This document shows, piece after piece, positions 1-8,095 of a stretch of 35,377 bases of DNA. Every line of letters begins with the position of its first letter. Position 1 is the stretch's first letter. The notes beneath the pieces were generated by a model. That model was not told where the DNA came from. It saw nothing but the letters and a program-made list of their open reading frames with translations, and searched no databases. Made by a program: the position numbers and the translations under genes. Origin of the DNA: Bacteroidota bacterium (GTDB lineage Bacteria; Bacteroidota; Bacteroidia; CAILMK01; JACPUW01); assembly GCA_020437725.1 (NCBI GenBank), contig JAGQWA010000002.1:1-35377 (forward strand), given 5' to 3'.

Positions 1-625
1 TAAATGTATCGTCAAACAATATGTCTTCACCTTCTTTCCAACTATATTTCTGGCCTCCATTTATAATAAAGCATTCGCCATTTTTTGGCACTACCAACCC
101 AAGATGATAACGGTATATACCCTTGTAAAAACCACGATGCGGTGGAATCTGCTTACCCGGCCCTAAGATTGAAAACATAGCCGTTTTAATAGCCGGAATT
201 TGCTTTATAAGCTCAACTGTTTTTGGTGCTTTAAGGCAATTGTCTTCCATCCAATTATCATAAGCTTTAAACACAAAAGTGCGCCAAGGCACATTATCTG
301 TAGCCGAAATAAAGCGCTGTATTTTATCAATTTCATGAAACTGTGGAATCTTTTCTTGTATTTCAAGAACTTGAAGCAACTCCATTCTTATGGTCTTCCA
401 ATTTTCTATAAATAATTGATGTTCAGGAAAATATTTGTCTGTTTCAACTATTGGTGGGTTGCGCCTAAACAGCTTTAGAACCAGGCTAAACGGGATGGCT
501 AATAGCGACGGCTCCACAAAATATAGAACAAGAATAAGCAGTATAAGACTGCCAAAAGCAATTTCTAAAACACTCCACAGCATAGAGAAAAAGAAATTAA
601 TAAGATTCTGGTGCGAATCTATCAT
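1..625 (-). CDS. aspartyl/asparaginyl beta-hydroxylase family protein (LpxO-like); 3' end cut by the window edge
   Basis: Minus-strand ORF that runs off the left edge, so it is absent from the supplied track. My translation reads (MIDSHQNLINFFFS)MLWSVLEIAFGSLILLILVLYF...KTAMFSILGPGKQIPPHRGFYKGIYRYHLGLVVPKNGECFIINGGQKYSWKEGEDILFDDTF. The ILxPGxxIxPHxG / RYHLxL block is typical of the Asp/Asn beta-hydroxylase 2OG-Fe(II) family. The start is the ATG at 625 or the in-frame ATG at 583. Confidence 0.75.
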   Translation of the reverse strand, partial: MIDSHQNLINFFFSMLWSVLEIAFGSLILLILVLYFVEPSLLAIPFSLVLKLFRRNPPIVETDKYFPEHQLFIENWKTIRMELLQVLEIQEKIPQFHEIDKIQRFISATDNVPWRTFVFKAYDNWMEDNCLKAPKTVELIKQIPAIKTAMFSILGPGKQIPPHRGFYKGIYRYHLGLVVPKNGECFIINGGQKYSWKEGEDILFDDTF

Positions 626-655
626 TAATTATATACGCTTGGCATTATTTATTTA

Positions 656-1166
656 CTAATAAACAACCAATTTGCTCAAAAAATGGCCGCCTTGCGTAAT
701 TACCTCTGTCATATAAACCCCTTTAGCCCAAGTTGAAACATCAATTGCAATTTGTGAATAGGCATCACCTTCTCCAGTAAATAGCATTACACCTCTTAAA
801 TCTTGAATTCTTACCATCTACAAGCTTGAGAATTCCATTTTCAGAAGGTCTTTTGCAGGGTTGGGGTAAATCTTATAAGGTTTCAAAGAACTTTCTGATA
901 CACTCTGCGTAATCTGATTAATCTTTAAAAATAATCTTGGAAATAAATTGAAAAACGAGTCTTTTTCAATTTTAAAATACGGTGGTCTTTAATAATTGGC
1001 AGGCACGCCATTAATTTCTGACAGGCCAGAATAGCGATTATGCTTGGTAATGAACGACGCATTATTGAACGAATTATTCTCAGCCAATTCAATTGTTTCC
1101 ATCCCTAAAATGATAACCTGATTAAATGGGTTTTTAATTTTTAAACTTTTGCCAACATGAACCTTT
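656..1166 (-). pseudogene. decayed remnant of a T9SS (Por) C-terminal-sorting-domain protein
   Basis: There is no ORF of 60 aa or more on either strand here. One minus-strand frame reads VHVGKSLKIKNPFNQVIILGMETIELAENNSFNNASFITKHNRYSGLSEINGVPANY*RPPYFKIEKDSFFNLFPRLFLKINQITQSVSESSLKPYKIYPNPAKDLLKMEFSSL*MVRIQDLRGVMLFTGEGDAYSQIAIDVSTWAKGVYMTEVITQGGHFLSKLVVY*. The stretch from KIYPNPAKD to KLVVY looks like a T9SS CTD. It is interrupted by an in-frame TAA (989-991) and TAG (818-820). No signal peptide or N-terminal functional domain remains. Confidence 0.55.
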
Positions 1167-1207
1167 TATTTCTGAACATGACTTGTTTAGAAAATGGGTT
1201 GATGATT

Positions 1208-1651
1208 TTATTCGCTAGCAGAATGGCTAATATTTGAATAATTTACTAATAAAAAATCCATTGCGGCGGGATCAATATAATGAAGCTCTACTTGGCCCTT
1301 AATTCCATCACCGTTTATGAATTGAATGCTAATACGAGTATGCGCAATATCTATTGCTAAGATTTTGCTTTTTGGAATGCAAAACGCCGGACCCATTTCA
1401 TTTTGAAAGTATCTATACAAAACAAAAATGCCTACTGGTAAACTAACAATTGAAAGAAAAGAAATAGAATTTATTAGGTTAATAACAAATGCGCCACCTA
1501 CCAAGATGGCAATAACCCAAAAAAACAGACTTATTCTTATTCTTCTTACAGTTTGGCCTTTCTGTTTGCCTTTTGCCTTTTCTTCAAGCATTTTGGTTTC
1601 GCTCCAATTGCCAGTGTTGGTAAGGTAAATAAAATCATCGTCAACATTCAA
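1208..1651 (-). CDS. hypothetical membrane protein
   Basis: ORF track. The start at 1651 is TTG, with an in-frame ATG alternative at 1591. Two hydrophobic helices (ISLFFWVIAILVGGAFVINLI, FLSIVSLPVGIFVLY) are followed by a soluble tail of about 70 aa. I recognise no family. Confidence 0.5.
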   Translation of the reverse strand: MNVDDDFIYLTNTGNWSETKMLEEKAKGKQKGQTVRRIRISLFFWVIAILVGGAFVINLINSISFLSIVSLPVGIFVLYRYFQNEMGPAFCIPKSKILAIDIAHTRISIQFINGDGIKGQVELHYIDPAAMDFLLVNYSNISHSASE

Positions 1652-1811
1652 ATAACCATGCTCGTATTTAAATCAATTGCGCATTATAAAATCTGATTAA
1701 ACAAACCTACAGACACGTATTTAAAAAGGTGACAAGAATCACCATAAAGAATGAGCGGCGTCATCCAATCTAATTGTGTTGATCTAGAGTTTTGAATCTC
1801 AATTAGAAAGC

Positions 1812-3044
1812 ATGAAAAATCTAATAATATTAGGAGCAGGTACGGCAGGAACCATGATGAGCAATCATCTACACAAACGTTTACCGGCAGATTGGAAAAT
1901 AACCATAGTTGATCAACGTACTGAGCATTATTACCAACCCGGTTTTCTATTTGTGCCTTTTGGCATTTATGAGCCCGAAGAAATTGTGAAGCCCATTTCT
2001 AAATTTATTCCAAAAGAAGTTGATTGGCTACAAATTGAAGTAGATAGAATTGATAAAGATACTGACACGGTTTATCTTAAAAACGGCGATTCTTTACCCT
2101 ATGATGTTTTGGTAATTGCCACAGGAAACGACATTGCGCCAGAAGAAATTGAAGGCATGAGCGGCGAAGGTTGGCATAAAGACATTTTCGACTTTTATAC
2201 TCTAGAAGGAGCCACTAAGCTTCATCAAAAACTCAAAGATTTTGAAGGTGGAAAGGTGGTAGTTCACATCTGCGAAATGCCCATAAAATGCCCTGTTGCA
2301 CCATTAGAATTTGCTTTTTTGGCCGATGCCTATTTCGAAAACCGTGGAATTAGAGATAAAGTTGATTTAAGCTTTGTTACACCTATGAGTGGGGCATTTA
2401 CCAAACCAAAGGCCACCGAAAAACTCGATTATCTTCTTAAAGAAAAGAACATAAACGTTGTGCCTGACTTTAACATTGAACGAGTTGACAACAACGAAAA
2501 AAAGATTTATGATTATGCTGGGCAAGAAGTAGCTTATGATTTGCTTATTACTACACCCACTAACATGGGTTCAAAGGCCATTGAGCGTTCAGGTTTTGGC
2601 GATGAATTGAACTATGTACCAACCAACAAGGCCACGTTACAAACCAAGGTAAAAGACAACATTTTTGCTATTGGAGATGCCACCAATGTTCCTGCTTCAA
2701 AAGCGGGCTCGGTAGCGCATTTTGAAGGCGAAGTTTTATTAGAAAACGTATTAAACTATATAGAAGGCAAGCCTTTAAAAGAAGGGTTTGATGGCCACGC
2801 GAATTGCTTTGTAGAAACAGGCCATGGCAAGGCATTACTAATAGATTTTAATTATACCCATGAGCCTGTTACAGGCACATTCCCTTTTCCGGGTGTTGGC
2901 CCACTCAGACTTTTAAAAGAAAGTAGAATGAACCACATGGGCAAAATGGCTTTTAAGTGGATTTACTGGAACATGCTCATTACCGGAAAGCATATTCCTT
3001 TTATCCCAAACAAAATGCAATTAGCCGGTAAAAACTTTGATTAA
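1812..3044 (+). CDS. sulfide:quinone oxidoreductase-like NAD(P)/FAD-dependent oxidoreductase
   Basis: N-terminal Rossmann motif IILGAGTAGT and a second dinucleotide motif FAIGDAT. The Cys-containing blocks IKCPVAPLEF and HANCFVETG resemble SQR-family redox cysteines. The neighbouring genes are sulfur-relay genes. Confidence 0.8.
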   Translation: MKNLIILGAGTAGTMMSNHLHKRLPADWKITIVDQRTEHYYQPGFLFVPFGIYEPEEIVKPISKFIPKEVDWLQIEVDRIDKDTDTVYLKNGDSLPYDVLVIATGNDIAPEEIEGMSGEGWHKDIFDFYTLEGATKLHQKLKDFEGGKVVVHICEMPIKCPVAPLEFAFLADAYFENRGIRDKVDLSFVTPMSGAFTKPKATEKLDYLLKEKNINVVPDFNIERVDNNEKKIYDYAGQEVAYDLLITTPTNMGSKAIERSGFGDELNYVPTNKATLQTKVKDNIFAIGDATNVPASKAGSVAHFEGEVLLENVLNYIEGKPLKEGFDGHANCFVETGHGKALLIDFNYTHEPVTGTFPFPGVGPLRLLKESRMNHMGKMAFKWIYWNMLITGKHIPFIPNKMQLAGKNFD

Positions 3045-3091
3045 ACTAAATCTAACACACTAAAAAACTAACACGCTAATTCACTAGAAAC

Positions 3092-3400
3092 ATGGAAAAA
3101 ATAATAGCAAACCAAAGCATTAATGTAAACGACGAAGGTTACTTAACAAACCACTCGCAATGGAATAGGGAAATTGGCCATGCCATAGCCCAAGAAGAAG
3201 GTATTGAAATGACCGACCACCACTGGAAAGTGGTTGATTATCTGCAAGAACAGCATAAAAACGACGTGCCACTTACCATAAGAAGAGTGGGCAAAAGCGG
3301 TGTTGTAGATATTAAAGGGTTCTACGAATTGTTTCCAAAGGGACCGCTAAAAACCAGTAGCAAAATTGCCGGTATACCCAAACCTGCCAGTTGCATTTAA
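3092..3400 (+). CDS. TusE/DsrC/DsvC family sulfur relay protein (single-Cys, TusE-type)
   Basis: 102 aa. The motifs GYL..HSQWN, HWKVVDYLQE and the flexible C-terminal arm GIPKPASCI with a penultimate Cys are the family hallmarks. This is the only Cys in the protein; the second DsrC Cys is absent. Confidence 0.9.
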   Translation: MEKIIANQSINVNDEGYLTNHSQWNREIGHAIAQEEGIEMTDHHWKVVDYLQEQHKNDVPLTIRRVGKSGVVDIKGFYELFPKGPLKTSSKIAGIPKPASCI

Positions 3401-3425
3401 TTACTCAAAAAAATAATAAATTACT

Positions 3426-3917
3426 ATGTCTAAAGATCCACAACCATATGGCGATGTAAGCAAAATGATGATCATTTTGTCAAAAGCCACCATAGATAAT
3501 GTTTATGCGTGTTTCATTTTGGCCAATGGTGCCAGAATGGAAGGCATTGAAGCTGAAATATTCTTCACCTTTTTTGGGCTCGAAGCCGTTAACAAAAAGA
3601 AGTTGAACCATTTAAAAGTAGCCACGGTAGGCAATCCTGCCATGCACATACCCACTATGTTGGGCGGTTTGCCAGGCATGGAATCTATAGCCACCAATAT
3701 GATGAAAAAAGAAATGGAGAAGCTTGATATTCCACCAGTTGATGAGTTTTTGGAAATACTTTCGGCTTCGGGCGTAAAACTTTGGGGTTGCAAATTGGCC
3801 ATGGAAATGTTTCACCTTGAGCGCGAAGATTTGCTTGACGAACTTGACGGTATTTTAACCGTTGGCGATTTTTATAAAAGAGCTGATAGGGAGGGTACGC
3901 ATATGTTGTTTATATAA
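3426..3917 (+). CDS. DsrE/DsrF/DrsH-like family protein
   Basis: 163 aa. MMIILSKATIDNVYACFILANGA ... GVKLWGCKLAMEMF matches the DsrE-like fold pattern as I recall it. It lies 25 nt downstream of the TusE-like gene. Confidence 0.8.
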   Translation: MSKDPQPYGDVSKMMIILSKATIDNVYACFILANGARMEGIEAEIFFTFFGLEAVNKKKLNHLKVATVGNPAMHIPTMLGGLPGMESIATNMMKKEMEKLDIPPVDEFLEILSASGVKLWGCKLAMEMFHLEREDLLDELDGILTVGDFYKRADREGTHMLFI

Positions 3918-3964
3918 GGCATGAGACAAGAAAATAATGGTTAGAATAGACTTTCTTTGCCTAC

Positions 3965-4783
3965 ATGTCTCAACTGCCGCCATTAAGTAAAATGGTTAAA
4001 CCTGCACTTGCTACATTTACCCGTAGCAAACAGGTGCCTAAACAAGGCGTGCACGCCAAGCAGTACTTTAATAATGTTTATATAGAACATGAAAAGTTGG
4101 AGGCTTTTAAAGCGTATTTTGGTTTTGAGCAAGAAATTCCGCTAGCCTATTTGTATTTACTGGCACAGCGAGCACAGGCGGCATTTATGTTAACCAAAAG
4201 TTATGGCTTGCCCATTCCAGGTACAATTCATCTTAATAACCAGCTAAAACAAACGGCGGTGGGCAAAGTGCACGAACCTTTTGACCTTAGGTTAACTTGC
4301 TCAATTGCTTATAAAGACGTTGGTTCATTACACCCTAAGTTTTTGGTTGAAATTTACCAGAACGGACAATCTGTAGCCGAATGCGAAAGCCATTATTTGG
4401 TTAAAAGAAAGTCGAAAAACAAAGGCACGAAGCGCGAAAAGCCTATTCCAAAAATTTCACTTGCCGAATTTGAAGAAACTTGGCATTTACCCAAAGATAT
4501 AGGGAAACAATATGCCGAAGTTTCTAATGATCACAACCCTATTCACACTTCGAAAACAGCTGCCAAACTTCTAGGTTTTAGAGCACCAATTGCGCAGGGT
4601 TGGTGTGTGGTGAGCAAGGCTATAAACGCCATTGAGCGTTCAACCCAAAAAAATATAACAAGCATAAACGTTGGTTTTAATGAACCTGCTTATTTACCAA
4701 GCACCATAGAGTTTTTGTTAGATAAAAAGGAAATTGAATTAGTAACTGATGGCAAGTTGGTTTTGGCAGGTGAGTTTACTTAA
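3965..4783 (+). CDS. MaoC-like (R)-hydratase / hotdog-fold dehydratase family protein
   Basis: The C-terminal half carries the hydratase-2 motif YAEVSNDHNPIHTSKTAAKLLGFRAPIAQG. The N-terminal half looks like a degenerate second hotdog. Confidence 0.75.
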   Translation: MSQLPPLSKMVKPALATFTRSKQVPKQGVHAKQYFNNVYIEHEKLEAFKAYFGFEQEIPLAYLYLLAQRAQAAFMLTKSYGLPIPGTIHLNNQLKQTAVGKVHEPFDLRLTCSIAYKDVGSLHPKFLVEIYQNGQSVAECESHYLVKRKSKNKGTKREKPIPKISLAEFEETWHLPKDIGKQYAEVSNDHNPIHTSKTAAKLLGFRAPIAQGWCVVSKAINAIERSTQKNITSINVGFNEPAYLPSTIEFLLDKKEIELVTDGKLVLAGEFT

Positions 4784-4841
4784 TAATGGTTGAAATAGTG
4801 CTTACACATTAGTCATACTTTCGCAATAGAACAAAACAGCA

Positions 4842-5294
4842 ATGGCAATGGATTTAACTTGTAGCGTAGATATAAATGCTTCAGCAGAAAAAATTTGGAG
4901 CATTATAACCAATATTGACAATTGTGCAAACACCATTTCGGGTATTAATTCGGTTGAAGTATTAGAACGACCAGCAAGCGGAGTAGTTGGTTTAAAGTGG
5001 AAAGAAACCCGCACCATGTTTGGCAAACAAGCATCAGAAACCATGTGGATTACAGAAGCGGTAGAGAATGAATTCTATAAAACCCGCGCCGAGAGTCATG
5101 GCATGATTTACGAAACCAAAATGGCCATTGCCAGCAATGGAGATAGCTGCGAATTAAGCATGTCTTTTGGTGGAACACCACAAACGGGCATGGCCAAGTT
5201 TATGATGTTTCTTACTGCCAAAATGATGAAAAAAGCAACGGTTAAAGCCTTAACCAAAGACCTTAATGATATTAAAACTGCGGCCGAAAGCTGA
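4842..5294 (+). CDS. SRPBCC (START/polyketide-cyclase-like) family protein
   Basis: About 150 aa. The N-terminus INASAEKIWSIITNIDNCANTISG is typical of SRPBCC ligand-binding proteins. Confidence 0.7.
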   Translation: MAMDLTCSVDINASAEKIWSIITNIDNCANTISGINSVEVLERPASGVVGLKWKETRTMFGKQASETMWITEAVENEFYKTRAESHGMIYETKMAIASNGDSCELSMSFGGTPQTGMAKFMMFLTAKMMKKATVKALTKDLNDIKTAAES

Positions 5295-5312
5295 ATTTAC
5301 TCCAACTTTGGC

Positions 5313-5347
5313 TCGCTTAATCATTAATTTTTTGCCACTTTAAGCGA
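5313..5347. terminator. hairpin between convergent genes (8-bp stem)
   Basis: tcgcttaa (5313-5320) pairs with ttaagcga (5340-5347) around a 19-nt loop containing T6. It lies between the SRPBCC stop (5294) and the TonB-receptor stop (5458). Confidence 0.3.
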
Positions 5348-5365
5348 CTTATAACAACTCTATAT

Positions 5366-5402
5366 CTCGCTCAAACTACACTTTTTTAACACTTTGAGCG
5401 AG
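5366..5402. terminator. hairpin between convergent genes (10-bp perfect stem)
   Basis: ctcgctcaaa (5366-5375) pairs with tttgagcgag (5393-5402) around a 17-nt loop. There is no flanking U-tract, so this is only a candidate bidirectional terminator. Confidence 0.35.
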
Positions 5403-5457
5403 CAATAGGTTCTATCTCATATCACAGCAAGTTATATTCAACACAAATATTCATTTA

Positions 5458-8043
5458 CTAAAACAAGCACCTAAACGTAAACATAGGAAAAAAGGTCATG
5501 TGGTAGAAAGGTGTGTACTGGCCTGTTCTAACATCATATTCTTGTGCAAACAAGTTTTTATGATTGGTTAGGTTTTGTAAATCCATAGCAAATTCTGTAT
5601 ATGCCTTCTTGTAATTTATTCTATAATAAATCTTCAAGTCGCTTCTAAAGTAGTTAGGGTGGCGTTGAGTAAATGCCAACTGTTGGTAATAAACCACTTC
5701 GTTAGCCATTTTTGACGCCGTTTCGTTAACGGGTGTGTATGGCTTTCCGCCGGCATAGGTAAGTTTAAAATCGGCGCCTACTGCTATCATTTTACCAAAC
5801 CATTTTTCATAGCCCACCAAGGCATTTGCGGTAAATTTCATATCAAATGCCGTGCTTCTCCATTTATCGTCATGCGCTTGGTATTCAGACCTAAAAGCAG
5901 AGCCATTTAGCATATAATAAAATCCTTTATCTAAGAATCGCTCTAAGGTTAGCTCAATTCCATAGTTTCGGCCAAGCCCTTCATTCACCAAACTATCAAG
6001 TTGTGGTATGTAAAAATCGGCGCCAACATTGCTCATTGAAAAAGTGCTGTTATGATCGGCTTCAATGGGTATTTTATAAAGGTGTTGGTAATAAGATTCA
6101 GCCTTCAACCTAAGATTTGAAGTAATATTATAGTCGTATGAAAATGTTAGATGATGCGCAGCGGAAAAATCTAGGTTTTTATTAGTAAGTACATCTTCGT
6201 TTCCTTGAGTGGTGGAAACAAAATAGATGTTGCGCGGTTGCATAGAATGGTGGTTACCATAAGATAGCGAAACGGCATGATTATGTGCTGCATTGTATCT
6301 TAAAGCAAAACGTGGCTCAAGTGCACTAGAGCCATTAAACAGCAGATACTGCCCGTGCAGACCAGCTCTAACCCTTAATTTCTGGGTAAGCAAATACTCA
6401 TCTTCTACATACAATCTGGCTAAACTCAACACATCATTTTTTTGGTGAATAGTATCTGTTCCACCCAAATAATTAATTGAGTAGCTGTTATAGTCTGTAT
6501 TATAACTATCCCATCTTAGGCCAGTTCTCAACTGGTTTTTACCTTTTCTTCTTTCTAATTTAGCGAAGAACGAATATTTGGTTTCGCCAGAGTTATCCGT
6601 ATAAACACGATTGCTGGCATCGCTGGTAATATTAAAAGTGTCTATTTGTGTTTTTACCTGATTATCTATAATAGAAATACCAGATTTAAGCACGGTGTAT
6701 TTAGCCAAACGATGTTGAACATTTGCCCCAGCCAAAAACAAATCTGAACCGGTTCTCAAATATTCACCAACTGAAGGCATATCGTCGGCATCTAAACTAT
6801 GGTCATCTAACTCAATAAAACTGGTTCCCCAAATACTCAATACCGAAAGGCTGGTTTTTGGGCTCAGATTAAAATTAAACTTTCCTGTAATATCCTGAAA
6901 CTTAGGCAATACGCCAAAATCAACCCCAAAAGCATCAACCACGTCTAAAAATGAGTAGCGATAAGTTAATGAGTAGGTGCCAATATTTTTCTTTTTTGAA
7001 AACGGCCCTTCTGCACCTAATTCAAAACCATTCCAACCGGTTTGAAAACGGTACTGCCTGCGCTCAGGATTAATATTCTTGGTATGTAGATCAAAAACTC
7101 CAGAAAGCGCGTTTCCATATTCTGAAGGAAAAGAACCCATTAGAAAATCAGAATTACCTAACATGTTCATGTTTAGCAAGGTAGTGGTGTTTCCGGTTAA
7201 GCCAATTCCGCCAAAATGATTCGGGTTTGGAATTTCAATATCATCTAACCGCCACTGAATTCCAATTGGAGAATTACCGCGAATGATGATATCATTTCTG
7301 TCATCTCTAGCCGGAAAAACGCCAGCAAAACTTCTGGCCATACGTGCTGGGTCGCCCAAAGTGCCTGCATATTTATTGGCTTCATCAACGGTAAACCCGC
7401 GTCCGCTGCCATAAGCCGAATTATTTTGGGTTTGTGCTTTGTCTTTTTCGGCCACAATGTGCACTCCTTGCAAAGCAGAAGCTTCTGGCTCTAACTCAAC
7501 CAGTAAATAAGGTTCTTGACCTGTATTAATTAGCACTGGTATAATAGAAGGCTTATATCCTAAATATGAAAACTGAATATTTAACCTGCCCAACGGTGCG
7601 GTAATGGCAAACTTTCCATTTATATCAGTTGAAGCTCCTAATTCAGGATGGTTTTCTAAATAAATGGTAGCAAAGGGAAGGCCTTCGCCTGTTTCAACAT
7701 CAACTACTTCGCCACGAATAGTTTGGTATATTTTTTCTGAAATAGGCTGTTGCGCTACCAATTTTGTAACCACATAGTAATTATCTATTAATTTAAAGCT
7801 GAGTTGGGTTTGTTGGCTCATGGCCGTAATAAGGTCGGCTAATTGGTAAGTACCTGCTTTTAATTCAATTTTCTGCGATGCGTCGAAATCTGATGATGTG
7901 TACACAAATCCTATTTCGGTTTGATTTTCAATGGTTACAAAAAGCTCTTTTAGTGTAACCGAATTGGTGTTGATTTTAATTTCTTGCGCAATGCCCAGGT
8001 TCACTATTAACAAGGCAATTGCAGTTTGTAAAATGCGTAACAT
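5458..8043 (-). CDS. TonB-dependent receptor/transducer with N-terminal STN signalling domain and carboxypeptidase-regulatory-like domain
   Basis: Signal peptide, then an STN-like block (VTLKELFVTIENQTEIGFVYTS...YQLADLITAMSQQTQLSF), then a CarboxypepD_reg-like block (IRGEVVDVETGEGLPFATIYL...TDINGKFAI), then a plug and a long beta-barrel ending in an aromatic residue. It sits downstream of fecR and the ECF sigma gene. Confidence 0.85.
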   Translation of the reverse strand: MLRILQTAIALLIVNLGIAQEIKINTNSVTLKELFVTIENQTEIGFVYTSSDFDASQKIELKAGTYQLADLITAMSQQTQLSFKLIDNYYVVTKLVAQQPISEKIYQTIRGEVVDVETGEGLPFATIYLENHPELGASTDINGKFAITAPLGRLNIQFSYLGYKPSIIPVLINTGQEPYLLVELEPEASALQGVHIVAEKDKAQTQNNSAYGSGRGFTVDEANKYAGTLGDPARMARSFAGVFPARDDRNDIIIRGNSPIGIQWRLDDIEIPNPNHFGGIGLTGNTTTLLNMNMLGNSDFLMGSFPSEYGNALSGVFDLHTKNINPERRQYRFQTGWNGFELGAEGPFSKKKNIGTYSLTYRYSFLDVVDAFGVDFGVLPKFQDITGKFNFNLSPKTSLSVLSIWGTSFIELDDHSLDADDMPSVGEYLRTGSDLFLAGANVQHRLAKYTVLKSGISIIDNQVKTQIDTFNITSDASNRVYTDNSGETKYSFFAKLERRKGKNQLRTGLRWDSYNTDYNSYSINYLGGTDTIHQKNDVLSLARLYVEDEYLLTQKLRVRAGLHGQYLLFNGSSALEPRFALRYNAAHNHAVSLSYGNHHSMQPRNIYFVSTTQGNEDVLTNKNLDFSAAHHLTFSYDYNITSNLRLKAESYYQHLYKIPIEADHNSTFSMSNVGADFYIPQLDSLVNEGLGRNYGIELTLERFLDKGFYYMLNGSAFRSEYQAHDDKWRSTAFDMKFTANALVGYEKWFGKMIAVGADFKLTYAGGKPYTPVNETASKMANEVVYYQQLAFTQRHPNYFRSDLKIYYRINYKKAYTEFAMDLQNLTNHKNLFAQEYDVRTGQYTPFYHMTFFPMFTFRCLF

Positions 8044-8095
8044 TTTATGATTAATTGTTTAATTAATTGACTATTGAAATAATAATTAGGTAAGA

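Noticed and set aside
200-659. Two + strand ORFs (71 and 74 aa) at the left edge.
   Set aside because: They lie antisense to a well-supported Asp/Asn beta-hydroxylase reading frame that runs off the window. Their translations are low-complexity with no motifs.
3503-3815. Nested antisense ORFs here, and the similar ones listed in the track inside longer genes. Examples: 7245-7457, 8178-9008, 9446-9634, 9932-10159, 10691-11080, 11539-11972, 14679-14909, 15236-15742, 16382-16869, 17166-17396, 17725-17967, 18152-18421, 18814-19044, 19446-19697, 26012-26203, 26605-26979, 29752-30645, 30867-31085, 32390-32584, 33562-33960 and 34541-34874.
   Set aside because: Each is fully embedded in, or largely overlaps, a longer ORF with clear family motifs on the other strand or frame. 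None carries a recognisable motif.
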